A stretch of DNA of 64,000 bases from a virus: the IMG/VR virus record IMGVR_UViG_3300044608_002890; one strand, 5' to 3'. Within the stretch, counting starts at the first letter, position 1; the number at the start of each line of letters is the position of its first letter. The position numbers and the translations under genes are program-made. Positions 50,035 through 60,089 of the stretch are shown piece by piece. Under the pieces are notes generated by a model. The model was not told the origin of the DNA. It was given only the letters and a program-made list of their open reading frames with translations, and did not search any database.

Positions 50035-51834
50035 ATGACCCCAGCTACGGTACATGGGATCAGGATGGATCTTTCTCGCGACGATCTGTTCGATGATCTG
50101 GGACGCATGCGTCTCAAAGAAAGCTACATGCGTGAAGAAGAAAACAGTCCACAGGAAAGATTTGCATATGTCTCAGCAGCGTTTGGAAGTAATCCAGAGC
50201 ACAGTCAGCGTCTTTATGATTATAGCTCTAAGCATTGGCTTAGCTATAGCACTCCCATACTATCATTTGGACGTTCAAAGCGTGGTCTCCCTATCAGTTG
50301 CTTTTTACCTTATCTGGATGATAGTGCTGAAGGTCTGGTCGATACTCTATCAGAGGTCAACTGGCTCAGCATGCTCGGCGGAGGCATAGGCATTGGCATC
50401 GGTATTCGTAGTGCTGATGATAAGTCTGTTGGCGTTATGCCTCATCTACGCACATATGATGCTAGCTCGCTTGCCTACAGACAGGGCCGAACACGTCGTG
50501 GCTCATATGCTGCTTATCTGGACATATCTCACCCTGATATTCATATGTTCCTGGACATGAGAAAGCCTACGGGTGATCCCAACATGCGAGCGCTTAATCT
50601 GCATCATGGCATCAACATCACCGACGATTTCATGCACATCGTTGAACGATGCATGATGGATCCAACGGCCGATGACAGCTGGCATCTGCGTGATCCCAAC
50701 AATGGCGAAATACGAGAAACCGTAAGTGCTCGTCAGCTCTGGCAAACCATTCTAGAACTCAGAATGCACACCGGTGAACCCTATCTGCATTTCATTGATA
50801 CCAGCAATCGACACATGCCAGAGTTTCAAAAGAAACTAGGACTGAGCATCAAACAAAGCAATCTATGCAGCGAAATCATCCTGCCAACAGACAAGGATCG
50901 CACGGCTGTATGCTGTCTGAGTTCAGTAAACCTAGAGTACTATGATGAGTGGAAAAACAATAAACAGTTCCTCCGTGATGTTGCTGAGATGCTTGATAAT
51001 GTTTTACAATATTTCATTGATCACGCACCTAGTTCCATTTCCCGAGCCGTTTACTCTGCTAGCCGTGAACGTTCTATTGGCATTGGAGCCCTAGGATTTC
51101 ATGCTTACCTCCAAAAAGTACAAGTCCCGTTCGAATCAGCCTTGGCTGTAAGTAAAAACAAACAGATGTTCAAACATATTCGTGAAGGATTAGATCATGC
51201 AAATATCGAACTGGGAAAAGAAAGAGGCGAGGCTCCTGATGCTGTTGGTACAGGTAAGCGTTTTAGCCACATGCTTGCCATTGCTCCTAATGCTTCAAGT
51301 TCCATTATTATGGGCAACACTAGTCCCTCCATTGAACCTTATCGTGCTAATGCTTATAGACAAGACACTCTTTCAGGTGCTTTTCTGAATAAGAATAAGT
51401 GGTTAGATTATATTATAAAGGAAAAATGTCATGCCGATGCTAAGTTGGACTACAACGAAATCTGGTCAAGTATCATCGCCAACGATGGAAGTGTTCAACA
51501 TCTGGAGTTCCTTGACGACTGGACCAAAGATGTTTTCAAGACTTCCATGGAAATTGACCAAAGATGGGTCATACAACATGCCGCTGATCGCCAGACCCAT
51601 ATTGATCAAGCGCAAAGTGTCAATCTCTTTTTCAGACCCGACTCAAACATCAAATACATACATGCAGTACATTTCATGGCATGGAAGCAAGGACTCAAAA
51701 CGCTTTACTACTGCCGCTCAGAGAAGATTGGCAAAGCTGATAAAGTCTCTAAGCGCATCGAAAGACAGGTAATTCAAGAGATAGATATGAAGGCTCTGGC
51801 CGAAGGGACTGACTGCCTAGCATGTGAGGGATAA
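50035..51834 (+). CDS. nrdA: ribonucleotide reductase class Ia alpha subunit (no ATP cone)
   Basis: PISCF, SNLCSEI, VCCLSS, APNASSS, KTLYY, C-terminal CLACEG. Confidence 0.96.
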   Translation: MTPATVHGIRMDLSRDDLFDDLGRMRLKESYMREEENSPQERFAYVSAAFGSNPEHSQRLYDYSSKHWLSYSTPILSFGRSKRGLPISCFLPYLDDSAEGLVDTLSEVNWLSMLGGGIGIGIGIRSADDKSVGVMPHLRTYDASSLAYRQGRTRRGSYAAYLDISHPDIHMFLDMRKPTGDPNMRALNLHHGINITDDFMHIVERCMMDPTADDSWHLRDPNNGEIRETVSARQLWQTILELRMHTGEPYLHFIDTSNRHMPEFQKKLGLSIKQSNLCSEIILPTDKDRTAVCCLSSVNLEYYDEWKNNKQFLRDVAEMLDNVLQYFIDHAPSSISRAVYSASRERSIGIGALGFHAYLQKVQVPFESALAVSKNKQMFKHIREGLDHANIELGKERGEAPDAVGTGKRFSHMLAIAPNASSSIIMGNTSPSIEPYRANAYRQDTLSGAFLNKNKWLDYIIKEKCHADAKLDYNEIWSSIIANDGSVQHLEFLDDWTKDVFKTSMEIDQRWVIQHAADRQTHIDQAQSVNLFFRPDSNIKYIHAVHFMAWKQGLKTLYYCRSEKIGKADKVSKRIERQVIQEIDMKALAEGTDCLACEG

Positions 51835-51837
51835 ATC

Positions 51838-52041
51838 ATGAGTAAGATTGTTCTTTTAAAAGATGTCTATGAACTCAAAGAACAAAAAGAAAGAGAGCTG
51901 GCTTTTTACAAGGAAAAGCTAGCCGAGCTGCAGGAGAAAATGTATTGGGTTGAGCGCGAACTGCGTTTAACCAAGGATATTATTAAGATGATCCAAGAAG
52001 AAAAACTAACCAACATAGAGGCGCGGGATGAAACTACTTAA
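51838..52041 (+). CDS. coiled-coil hypothetical protein
   Basis: KQKERELAFYKEKLAEL-type heptads. Confidence 0.7.
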   Translation: MSKIVLLKDVYELKEQKERELAFYKEKLAELQEKMYWVERELRLTKDIIKMIQEEKLTNIEARDETT

Positions 52042-52282
52042 GTTTTACGGCGAGTGGTGCGGGCCCTGCAAGACGCAGAACAGCATCATAAAGAATTTAG
52101 GTTCTAGAGTAACCATACCCATCGAAGAAATAGACATAGACGAAAAATTTGATCTGGTAAAAAGCTACAAAGTAACCTCAGTACCCACCATGATCATCAT
52201 CGATGAGAATGGCGAAGTAAAAAGACATACCGGTGTATTAAAAGAACAACAATTCCTAGAGTTCATCCAAAATGCCTCCTAG
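52028..52282 (+). CDS. thioredoxin
   Basis: KFYGEWCGPCK, VTSVPT. Confidence 0.92.
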   Translation: MKLLKFYGEWCGPCKTQNSIIKNLGSRVTIPIEEIDIDEKFDLVKSYKVTSVPTMIIIDENGEVKRHTGVLKEQQFLEFIQNAS

Positions 52283-52360
52283 ATAGTATTGTTTGCATAT
52301 CGAAGTCATGCTTGAGCCAAGGATCATAATATTATATATACTATGTAACCTGGAGGAAAC

Positions 52361-53054
52361 ATGGCCAAGCCCTATATGTACGTACTAGAAGAAACGACTA
52401 CTGGCAGACTTTATATAGGATGCCAGTATAATCGTAACGCCGATCCCGCTGACCTAGGTAACCGATATCTATCAAGTTGCAAGTATGTTCAGGATAACTA
52501 TAGCAACTTTATAGTAAGGTTGATCCGAGAACATCCCAGAGCAGCAATACTAGAAAGACGTTATCTGAGCCAGCTATATCGTAAGTTGGGTCGTGACGCT
52601 TTTCTAGAGAAGTATATCAATCGAAACCTAGCACCTGGTATAATACATGATGAGTCTGGACGTAAAGGCATTAGTGAAAGAATGAAAGCTCTGTGGCAAA
52701 CTCCAGAGAGACAAGAACAGCATCGCCAGATGATCAAAAGGAGAAAAGAGTCTGGAGGGTATGACAAACGAAAGGGAGGTCAAGGCAGCTATGTCAGAGC
52801 GCATGACTAAGTATAATCCCATGTCAGACCCAGCAGCACGAGCCCGGCAATTAGCAGCAGTTAGTACCGATGAGCATAAACGTGCTTTGGCAGCTCGGAT
52901 GAAAGGAAACAAGAATACCCAGGGTCGTACCTGGTATAACAACGGCATCACAACTAAGATGAGTACTGAACCGCCAGGTCCTGAATGGGTTCCTGGCAGA
53001 CTACAACCACACTGGAACACTAATAGAGAACGCAATGGCTCCCAAGAAAGATAG
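52361..53054 (+). pseudogene. GIY-YIG homing endonuclease split into two overlapping frames (52361..52810 and 52761..53054)
   Basis: YMYVLEETTTGRLYIGCQY and YLSS in frame 1; RTWYNNG...EWVPGRL DNA-binding motif in frame 2. Confidence 0.65.
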
Positions 53055-54030
53055 ACTCAAACTTACAGACGAAAGACAGTATTTCAAACCCTTTACATAT
53101 CCCTGGGCCTATGAAGCCTGGCTAGCCCATGAACAGAGTCACTGGCTGCATACCGAAGTACCCATGCTGGAAGATGTCAAGGACTGGAAAAATCGCCTCA
53201 ACGAACACGAGCGCAAGTTCCTGACCAACATTTTTCGTTTCTTTACGCAGGGCGACATCGACGTAGCCGGTGGCTATGTTAAAAACTATCTGCCCTACTT
53301 TCCTCAGCCCGAAGTAAGAATGATGCTGTTGGGCTTTGCGGCTCGGGAAGCCCTGCACATTGCTGCCTATAGTCATCTCATCGAGAGCCTGGGCATGCCC
53401 GATACCACCTACAATGAATTCCTGCAATATTCAGAGATGAAGGAAAAGCATGATTACCTTCTGGATCTCAGCTCGAAAAATGGTACTAAGGAATCTACAG
53501 CCGCACACATCGCAGCATTTAGCGCGTTTACGGAAGGCATGCAGCTCTTTAGTAGTTTTATCATGCTGCTTAATTTTCCTCGCCACGGAGTCATGCGTGG
53601 CATGGGTCAGATAGTGACCTGGAGCATTGTGGATGAGACACAGCACACCGAGAACATGATCAAACTGTTCCGTACCTACATCGAAGAAAACAAAGAGATC
53701 TGGAATGACGATCTTAAATCTCGAATCTATACCATTGCCACTAAGATGGTGGATCTGGAGGATAAGTTTATTGACCTGGCATTTGGCGTGGCACCTATGG
53801 CTGATCTGGACCGTAGTGACGTTAAATCTTACATCCGCTATATTGCTGACCGTCGCCTTATTAGCCTGGGCCTTAAGGGAATCATGAAGGTTAAGAAGAA
53901 TCCCTTGCCTTGGGTCGAAGAAATGATCAATGCTCCCACACATACTAACTTCTTTGAAAACCGTGCTACGGACTATGCCAAGGGTGCCCTGAGTGGCGAT
54001 TGGTCGGACGTCTGGGGGCGTGCAGCCTAG
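53035..54030 (+). CDS. nrdB: ribonucleotide reductase beta subunit
   Basis: FFTQGDIDV, REALHIAAYS, FTEGMQLFSSF, VDETQH, NFFE. Confidence 0.97.
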   Translation: MAPKKDRLKLTDERQYFKPFTYPWAYEAWLAHEQSHWLHTEVPMLEDVKDWKNRLNEHERKFLTNIFRFFTQGDIDVAGGYVKNYLPYFPQPEVRMMLLGFAAREALHIAAYSHLIESLGMPDTTYNEFLQYSEMKEKHDYLLDLSSKNGTKESTAAHIAAFSAFTEGMQLFSSFIMLLNFPRHGVMRGMGQIVTWSIVDETQHTENMIKLFRTYIEENKEIWNDDLKSRIYTIATKMVDLEDKFIDLAFGVAPMADLDRSDVKSYIRYIADRRLISLGLKGIMKVKKNPLPWVEEMINAPTHTNFFENRATDYAKGALSGDWSDVWGRAA

Positions 54031-54051
54031 ATCGGGCAAAGTTGTACCAGA

Positions 54052-54057
54052 TAAATA
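54052..54057 (+). promoter_or_regulatory. late promoter TAAATA
   Basis: GATAAATA upstream of 54088. Confidence 0.6.
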
Positions 54058-54087
54058 AACTAATATACCCATATCTGGAATGCTAAC

Positions 54088-57000
54088 ATGGATCTAAAAA
54101 AATTCATAGCCTTTAATTCCGAAGCCAAGTCCGAGGCGCATGATCCGGCAGTGCTCGAGAGCTATGCCCGTAGCCTGGAAGTTGTAAACGAGAACCTGGG
54201 CAAGATGCTGCTCATGAGTGCTGAGATTGAAAAGATCCGTGAAGATCTCAAGCATGTAGTCAAAGAAGGCGAATTCAAAGGCGCCATGGTGGCCCTGCTC
54301 AGTCAGATAGAACCCTTGCGAGAAGAAATTGCTCGCCAGGTCAATACCGAAGTGCAGGCCATCCGAGAAAGTTTTCGTACTCTAACCACCAAGACCACCA
54401 GTCTACAGAAGCTGGTCGACGAAGCCGTTGACCAGCAAAACCTCCGCATCATCAATCACTTTGAGACCCAGGAACAGAAGCTTCTGGATCTGCGCCAGGC
54501 CGTAGAAGACCGTGCCGATCTTGGTCCCATGAAGACCAAACTGGAGCACGTAGCCGAGGATGTCGACTATCTCAAAAAGCTAGACATCTATGACAATCTC
54601 AATGCCACTCAAGAAGCCGCAGTGGCTCTGGGTCAGCACATAGACGACATCGATGGCAATGTGGTCAAGTTGGCCAAGGAAATACTAGAGTTCAAACAGG
54701 ACATGCTGGACACCAGCCTGGTGCTGGAACGTTCAACCAATGCTCGCTACCAGGAAGCCCTGGAAGCTCTGGATGAGAATTTGCGCAATGTTACCACCCT
54801 GCAAGAAAATCTGCAGGACATAGAAAAGCGCTATGATGATCTAAACAAAGAGCTTACTGAAAGCAATCTAGCACATGATGTAGCCACCGCAGAGCTAGGC
54901 AAGGTGTTGGAGAACATTCAAAAGGCCAACCACGAACATGCTGAGGTACTGGACGAGCAGGTCACGCACATTGTAGGCAACATTACCACACTCAAGCAAG
55001 AGCTAGATGCACTAGGTCAGGGACTGGATCAAGGCACCGAAGCTCATGCACAATCCGTAGCACGCATCCAAGAACTAACCACTCACATACCTCGCCTGGA
55101 TGCCAGAATCGATGAGCATGTTGGTTTGGTTGAACAGGAAATAAAGAGTCTGAGCAAGACTCTATTAGAACAAAATACTCGCATACAGGATTCACATCGT
55201 GACCTCAAGGCCCAGGTAGCCAAGGTCATTACCGATGGTAAAATGCTATTAGAACGAGAACAGTCTCGCATCGACGGTGATACCTTGTTCGAAGATCGCT
55301 ATGACCGCATCATCAAACGCGTTGAAGAAGTCGAAGGCATGCTGGCTGACATTGATGCCAAGACCGAGCATAACGATGTAATCTATGAACACGTACGCAC
55401 CAGTTCGGATCGTTTGGATGCTCATGCTGATAGATTGATGCAGAAACTGCAAGAGACTGCCAACCAATCCATCAGTGATCTCAAGAAAAAGACCAAACTA
55501 CTCAATGAAGCTGCCCCTACGGACATTGCAGGCATCAATGCCGGACTAGGCGTAGACACTCGCGACCTAGACAAAAAGTTTGTTACCTTCCAGCAGCTCC
55601 GCGATCACTATAGACAGTTTGTGGATCGCGTACAACGTCAACTAGCCGAAAACATCGGCGGTGGCGGTGCTCAGTTCCTATGGGACCTGGACGATGTAGA
55701 CATTAATACGGTTCGATATCCTGGCAATGGAGAATTGCTGATCTGGAGCGGCGCTCTTAGGAAGTGGATATCAGGCAATGCCTTTACCATCAGTACAGTG
55801 CAAGGCAACTTGACTGTTCAGGAAAGCATCGAAGTGCTGGGCAATGCCAACATCTATGGGTTCCTGACTGTCGGTGGCAACATCATCCTGGGTGATGCCA
55901 CTACGGATAATTTTACCCTAGGTGCCGATGTAAACAGCGACATCCTACCAGATGTAAGCAGCACGTATAACCTTGGTTCAGTGTCACAGACCTGGGGCAA
56001 CATACATGTTGACAGTGTTTATGTAGACAATCTTTGGGCTGCTGGCAACATCATGCCCGCAACCGATAATGTGCATGATCTGGGCAATGCAACGCATCGT
56101 TGGCGAGACCTTTATCTAAGCGGCAATAGTTTGTACATTGGTACTACGTCGTTTCACGATACCGGGGCACAACTAGAAATAAAATACAATGGTAACGTAG
56201 CACTTAGATCAGACACCACAGGCAACATCAGAGCCAACTTATTCATAGGCGACCTAGATGGTAGGGTCAGCAACATAGCCAACCACACCACAGATGCACT
56301 GCGAGAAGGTACAGCCAATCTCTATCATACTGTTGCTAGAGTCAGAACCAATATCTTTGCTGGTACGGGTGTACTGTACAACAATGTCACAGGTCAGATA
56401 AGAATCAGCCAGAACGTCGACCCTGAGGTAGACGTACAGTTTAGCAATGTTACCATTACGGGCAATCTTAATGTCCTGGGTGCAGCAGCTAACTTCGAAG
56501 CAAATATCCTGAACGTTCAAGATCCCAGCATTATCTTTGGCGATGGCAATCCCAGCGATACCTATGATCTGGGCATACATGGAGAATATGTCAGCTCTGG
56601 TACACGTTACAGTGGATTGTTCAGAGATGCCAGTGCCGACGGACGCTGGAAACTCTATGCCAATCTTACCAACATGCCACAAAACTTTGTGGACACATCC
56701 AGCATCAGTTTTAATTTTGCCAACCTAGAACTTAATCACGTTCATGGCAGAGTTACTTTAATAGATAACTTTACTACTACGGATCTGGTCGAAGGGGCTA
56801 ACCTATACTTTACCAATACCCGAGTATGGGCCAATGTAGGTACCAACATTGGTAACCTTAATAGCTGGGTCAGCTCCAACAGCAGCAACATTGGCAACAT
56901 CAACAGCTGGCTGCGTACTACTAATAGCAATGTTGGCAACCTAAACGCCTGGACTAGTTCCAACAGCAGTAACATTGGCAACCTAAACGCCTGGACTAGT

Positions 57001-57621
57001 TCCAACAGCAGTAACATTGGCAACATCAACAGCTGGCTGCGTACAACCAACAGCAACATCGGCAACATCAACGGTTGGGTAAGTTCCAATAGCACCAACA
57101 TCGGTAACCTTAATGCCTGGACCAGTAATAATAGTGCCAACATTGGCAACATAAACACTTGGCTAAGAACCATAACCACCACTGGCGTTGCCGAAGGTGC
57201 TAACCTGTACTACACTGATGATCGTGTATGGGGTAATGTTGGTACCAACATCGGTAACCTAAATGCCTGGGTCAGCTCTAATAGTACCAACATTGGCAAC
57301 CTTAATAGTTGGGTTAGCTCCAACAGCAGCAACATCGGTAACCTAAATGCCTGGACTAGCTCTAATAGTACCAACATCGGTAACCTAAACGCCTGGACTA
57401 GTTCCAACAGCAGTAACATCGGCAACCTAAATAGTTGGGTCACCAATGTATACACCAGCATACCCACCAGCGCCAACAACATCAACAGCATAACCACCCT
57501 GGCAGCTCCAGCTACTACGGGCGATGCTGGTACAGCTGGCGAAGTAAGATTTGATGGTAATTATTTCTATGTGTGCATAGCCAGCAATACCTGGCGACGC
57601 GCTAACCTACATACCTGGTAA
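54088..57621 (+). CDS. large fibre-like protein: N-terminal coiled coil, beta-rich middle, 14-aa repeat stalk
   Basis: ~520 aa of heptads, GGGGA hinge, EGxNLY(F/Y/H)T motifs, NIGNLNAWTSSNSS repeats, C-terminal YFYVCIASNTWRR. Confidence 0.85.
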   Translation: MDLKKFIAFNSEAKSEAHDPAVLESYARSLEVVNENLGKMLLMSAEIEKIREDLKHVVKEGEFKGAMVALLSQIEPLREEIARQVNTEVQAIRESFRTLTTKTTSLQKLVDEAVDQQNLRIINHFETQEQKLLDLRQAVEDRADLGPMKTKLEHVAEDVDYLKKLDIYDNLNATQEAAVALGQHIDDIDGNVVKLAKEILEFKQDMLDTSLVLERSTNARYQEALEALDENLRNVTTLQENLQDIEKRYDDLNKELTESNLAHDVATAELGKVLENIQKANHEHAEVLDEQVTHIVGNITTLKQELDALGQGLDQGTEAHAQSVARIQELTTHIPRLDARIDEHVGLVEQEIKSLSKTLLEQNTRIQDSHRDLKAQVAKVITDGKMLLEREQSRIDGDTLFEDRYDRIIKRVEEVEGMLADIDAKTEHNDVIYEHVRTSSDRLDAHADRLMQKLQETANQSISDLKKKTKLLNEAAPTDIAGINAGLGVDTRDLDKKFVTFQQLRDHYRQFVDRVQRQLAENIGGGGAQFLWDLDDVDINTVRYPGNGELLIWSGALRKWISGNAFTISTVQGNLTVQESIEVLGNANIYGFLTVGGNIILGDATTDNFTLGADVNSDILPDVSSTYNLGSVSQTWGNIHVDSVYVDNLWAAGNIMPATDNVHDLGNATHRWRDLYLSGNSLYIGTTSFHDTGAQLEIKYNGNVALRSDTTGNIRANLFIGDLDGRVSNIANHTTDALREGTANLYHTVARVRTNIFAGTGVLYNNVTGQIRISQNVDPEVDVQFSNVTITGNLNVLGAAANFEANILNVQDPSIIFGDGNPSDTYDLGIHGEYVSSGTRYSGLFRDASADGRWKLYANLTNMPQNFVDTSSISFNFANLELNHVHGRVTLIDNFTTTDLVEGANLYFTNTRVWANVGTNIGNLNSWVSSNSSNIGNINSWLRTTNSNVGNLNAWTSSNSSNIGNLNAWTSSNSSNIGNINSWLRTTNSNIGNINGWVSSNSTNIGNLNAWTSNNSANIGNINTWLRTITTTGVAEGANLYYTDDRVWGNVGTNIGNLNAWVSSNSTNIGNLNSWVSSNSSNIGNLNAWTSSNSTNIGNLNAWTSSNSSNIGNLNSWVTNVYTSIPTSANNINSITTLAAPATTGDAGTAGEVRFDGNYFYVCIASNTWRRANLHTW
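56830..57450 (+). repeat. 42-bp tandem repeats encoding NIGN(L/I)N(A/S)W(T/V/L)SSNS(S/T)
   Basis: e.g. AACATTGGCAACCTAAACGCCTGGACTAGTTCCAACAGCAGT; two blocks split by an EGANLYYT spacer. Confidence 0.9.
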
Positions 57622-57623
57622 GG

Positions 57624-57977
57624 ATGAACATGAGTTTTGTTGATGAACGTCTTAAAATCTGTAGCACCTGTCCTGAATATCGACCTCTGGCCCTGGGCAT
57701 GTCACAATGCCAGGCCTGTGGTTGTGTGATCCAAATGAAGGCCCTGGTACCCTGGGCCAGCTGTCCAAAAAATCTCTGGCCTTCGTCTGACAACATCAAA
57801 CAACAGGAAATCGATGACATCATCATCAACGATGTTGCCATGGGCCGCATGAACGGCGCACACGACACTCCCTATGGTCAGCACCTGGAACGACAGTTTA
57901 CCGAACGTTTCGGAGCCAATGCCGACATCAACGCACTCTGGATGGACCTTGTTGATCGGAGAAGTCGTGCCAACTAA
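57624..57977 (+). CDS. Cys-rich hypothetical protein
   Basis: ERLKICSTC...CQACGCVIQMK...ASCP. Confidence 0.7.
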   Translation: MNMSFVDERLKICSTCPEYRPLALGMSQCQACGCVIQMKALVPWASCPKNLWPSSDNIKQQEIDDIIINDVAMGRMNGAHDTPYGQHLERQFTERFGANADINALWMDLVDRRSRAN

Positions 57978-58389
57978 GTGGGATGGTGCTCACATGCAGG
58001 CAGCACATGTCTATGCTGGCCTGAGCTCGGCTCGACGTTTGAAGGTGGGTTGTGTGTTGGTTCGAGACGATCGCATCATTGGCATAGGCTACAATGGCAT
58101 GCCCGCTGGCTGGGACAACAATTGTGAGTCTCTTGAACCCGATGGTTCCTTGCAGACCCGACCCGAAGTCCTGCACGCAGAATCAAACGCCATAGCCAAG
58201 CTGGCCCGATCAACCGAAAGCGCATCCGGAGCAACATGCTATGTTACGCATGCCCCGTGTCTGGACTGTGCCAAGTTGCTGTACCAGGCCGGCATAACAA
58301 GAGTGATCTATGGCATGGCCTACAGAGATACCAGGGGCATGGATTTTCTAGAACGTTGCAACATAGAGGTTGTGCAGCATGACCGTTAA
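57967..58389 (+). CDS. cd: dCMP deaminase
   Basis: GYNG, VLHAESNAI, THAPCLDCAK; GTG start at 57967. Confidence 0.93.
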   Translation: MPTKWDGAHMQAAHVYAGLSSARRLKVGCVLVRDDRIIGIGYNGMPAGWDNNCESLEPDGSLQTRPEVLHAESNAIAKLARSTESASGATCYVTHAPCLDCAKLLYQAGITRVIYGMAYRDTRGMDFLERCNIEVVQHDR

Positions 58390-58528
58390 ACGCTACCATT
58401 GCTGGCATTGCGATGCCGAATACACAATGCGCTGGGACATGAACGAAGAATACTACGAAGCCCTGTACTGTGCATTCTGTGGTGAAAGCATAGACGATGA
58501 CGACTACAGAACCGACGAAGAAGAGTGA
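58379..58528 (+). CDS. small zinc-ribbon protein (49 aa)
   Basis: CWHC...CAFCG with acidic tail; not in ORF track. Confidence 0.65.
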   Translation: MTVKRYHCWHCDAEYTMRWDMNEEYYEALYCAFCGESIDDDDYRTDEEE

Positions 58529-59000
58529 CTGGCGGTTCCAGGGTCAGCTGTTTGATGATGCTGCTGATTGGTTGGGCTTTGTGTATGTCATTCACAACAC
58601 CAGGGATGATCGAAGATACATAGGCAAGAAGCTGTTCAAGCAGACCCGCACAAGAATGGTCGGAGGTCGACGTCGGCGCATGACCACAGAGTCAGACTGG
58701 CGCGCATACTGGGGATCAAATCCGCATGTTCACGCAGACAGAGACAGATTGGGCGTGGATGGCTTTCACAGACAGATTGTCTATCTGGTACGATCAAAGG
58801 GCGTGCTGAGCTATCTGGAAGCAAAAACGCAATTCGATGCCCATGTGCTGTTGCATCCTGACAGATTCTACAATGGCATCATTAACTGTCGCATCAATGC
58901 TACGCATGTTCGCAGCATTCAGGACATAGCATGTGATCAACAATGCCTTGAGGAAATTCATCATGCAAAGACATTTTTTGGAAACCCTGGGATGGGTTGA
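58497..59000 (+). CDS. GIY-YIG nuclease family protein
   Basis: GFVYVIH...RYIGKK, ESDWRAYWGS, LSYLE, YNGII. Confidence 0.85.
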   Translation: MTTTEPTKKSDWRFQGQLFDDAADWLGFVYVIHNTRDDRRYIGKKLFKQTRTRMVGGRRRRMTTESDWRAYWGSNPHVHADRDRLGVDGFHRQIVYLVRSKGVLSYLEAKTQFDAHVLLHPDRFYNGIINCRINATHVRSIQDIACDQQCLEEIHHAKTFFGNPGMG

Positions 59001-59571
59001 GGATTGCATGCCGCAACGCATGCTACGATCACTGCAGACCTGGTGCAATGCACAGATTGCACAGAACTTCGCTGGCCTGCAGTCCCGACGTCAGGGTCTG
59101 GTGGGCCAGATCGAACACGAGTACGACGTACCCTGGGCAACGTGGATGAGCATCGAACCCTGGATCATGAAACTGGTGCAGAGCTATGCAGACCCTGAAT
59201 TGACTCCGAACTTCGAAGGTTGTCGAACCAGAACTGGTCTGCAGCCCTGGATAAACTTTGCTAAACCCGGAGAATACAATCCCCTGCACGTACACGAAGG
59301 CAGCCTGAGCTGGGTGCTGTGGATCAACATTCCTCCACAAAAGCGGCCCGTAGCAGACAGCGTATTAGAGGGTCAGGTACGAAACCGAAGCTACTTTGGC
59401 TTTGTATGGGCCAGCACACGCAATGGTCTGGGTCTGGCTCAACGAGCTCTGGACGTTGATTCTGACTGGATGGGTCGATGCATAGTATTCCCCAGTTGTC
59501 TGTCACATCATGTACAGCCCGCTAGTCACGAAGCAGGCTATCGCATCAGCATGGCTGGCAATGTGTGGTGA
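58963..59571 (+). CDS. 2OG-Fe(II) oxygenase
   Basis: WINF..PGEYNPLHVH, SWVLWI, VFPSCLSHHV, RISMAGN. Confidence 0.85.
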   Translation: MQRHFLETLGWVEDCMPQRMLRSLQTWCNAQIAQNFAGLQSRRQGLVGQIEHEYDVPWATWMSIEPWIMKLVQSYADPELTPNFEGCRTRTGLQPWINFAKPGEYNPLHVHEGSLSWVLWINIPPQKRPVADSVLEGQVRNRSYFGFVWASTRNGLGLAQRALDVDSDWMGRCIVFPSCLSHHVQPASHEAGYRISMAGNVW

Positions 59572-59633
59572 TGCTCTGAATGAGAATGTATTCGCAATAA
59601 CTGTGATCGCACTCTAGACAATAGGGGTAAACC

Positions 59634-59939
59634 ATGGGCAGAAAGCGGAGAGAACCCAGAACATGTCCCCGATGCGGTATCATACACCAGCTACGTGGAC
59701 CGTACTGTAGCCAGAGCTGCGGCAACGTACGCGAGTATACGCCCGAGCTACGACAGCAACGCAGCAACGCAGCGCGCGCCTACATGCAGGCCAATCCCGA
59801 CGTAGCGCACAATCTGCAGAACATCCGACAGCTGCAACAGTCAAGCAACGGAGACATACGCACCTTCGATGACTGGATGGTCGTACCGCCCCTTGACGAC
59901 GATGATGAGCTCGCTGACTGGGACGTAAACAGTTACTGA
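59634..59939 (+). CDS. hypothetical protein with N-terminal Cys knuckle
   Basis: CPRCG...YCSQSCGN. Confidence 0.7.
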   Translation: MGRKRREPRTCPRCGIIHQLRGPYCSQSCGNVREYTPELRQQRSNAARAYMQANPDVAHNLQNIRQLQQSSNGDIRTFDDWMVVPPLDDDDELADWDVNSY

Positions 59940-59999
59940 GAACGCATTCTCAGCAGGCACCCAGAGATGCTTTGGCTTAGTAAGAACGCATTCTCAGCA
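59936..59999. repeat. 17-bp direct repeat containing a palindrome
   Basis: AGAACGCATTCTCAGCA at 59939 and 59983; CTGAGAA-CGCA-TTCTCAG. Confidence 0.8.
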
Positions 60000-60017
60000 T
60001 TTCCCACCCAAACCAAA

Positions 60018-60056
60018 GACCCTTTGCTTGACTCGGGTATAGAACGGTGCTATAAT
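60018..60056 (+). promoter_or_regulatory. early promoter cassette
   Basis: TTGACT-17bp-TATAAT, spacer CGGGTATAGAACGGTGC. Confidence 0.88.
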
Positions 60057-60089
60057 CGTAGCATGTTAAGTGATAAAGGCCAAGTTCAA

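Noticed and set aside
52283-53054. Self-splicing intron in nrdB
   Set aside because: The endonuclease lies upstream of an intact nrdB ORF; no intron core seen
57874-57966. Long N-terminus of dCMP deaminase
   Set aside because: Overlaps the 57624..57977 gene; GTG at 57967 gives the usual length
59575-59600. Fur box
   Set aside because: Half-sites are spaced 7-2-7 rather than 7-1-7; reported as an unknown palindrome
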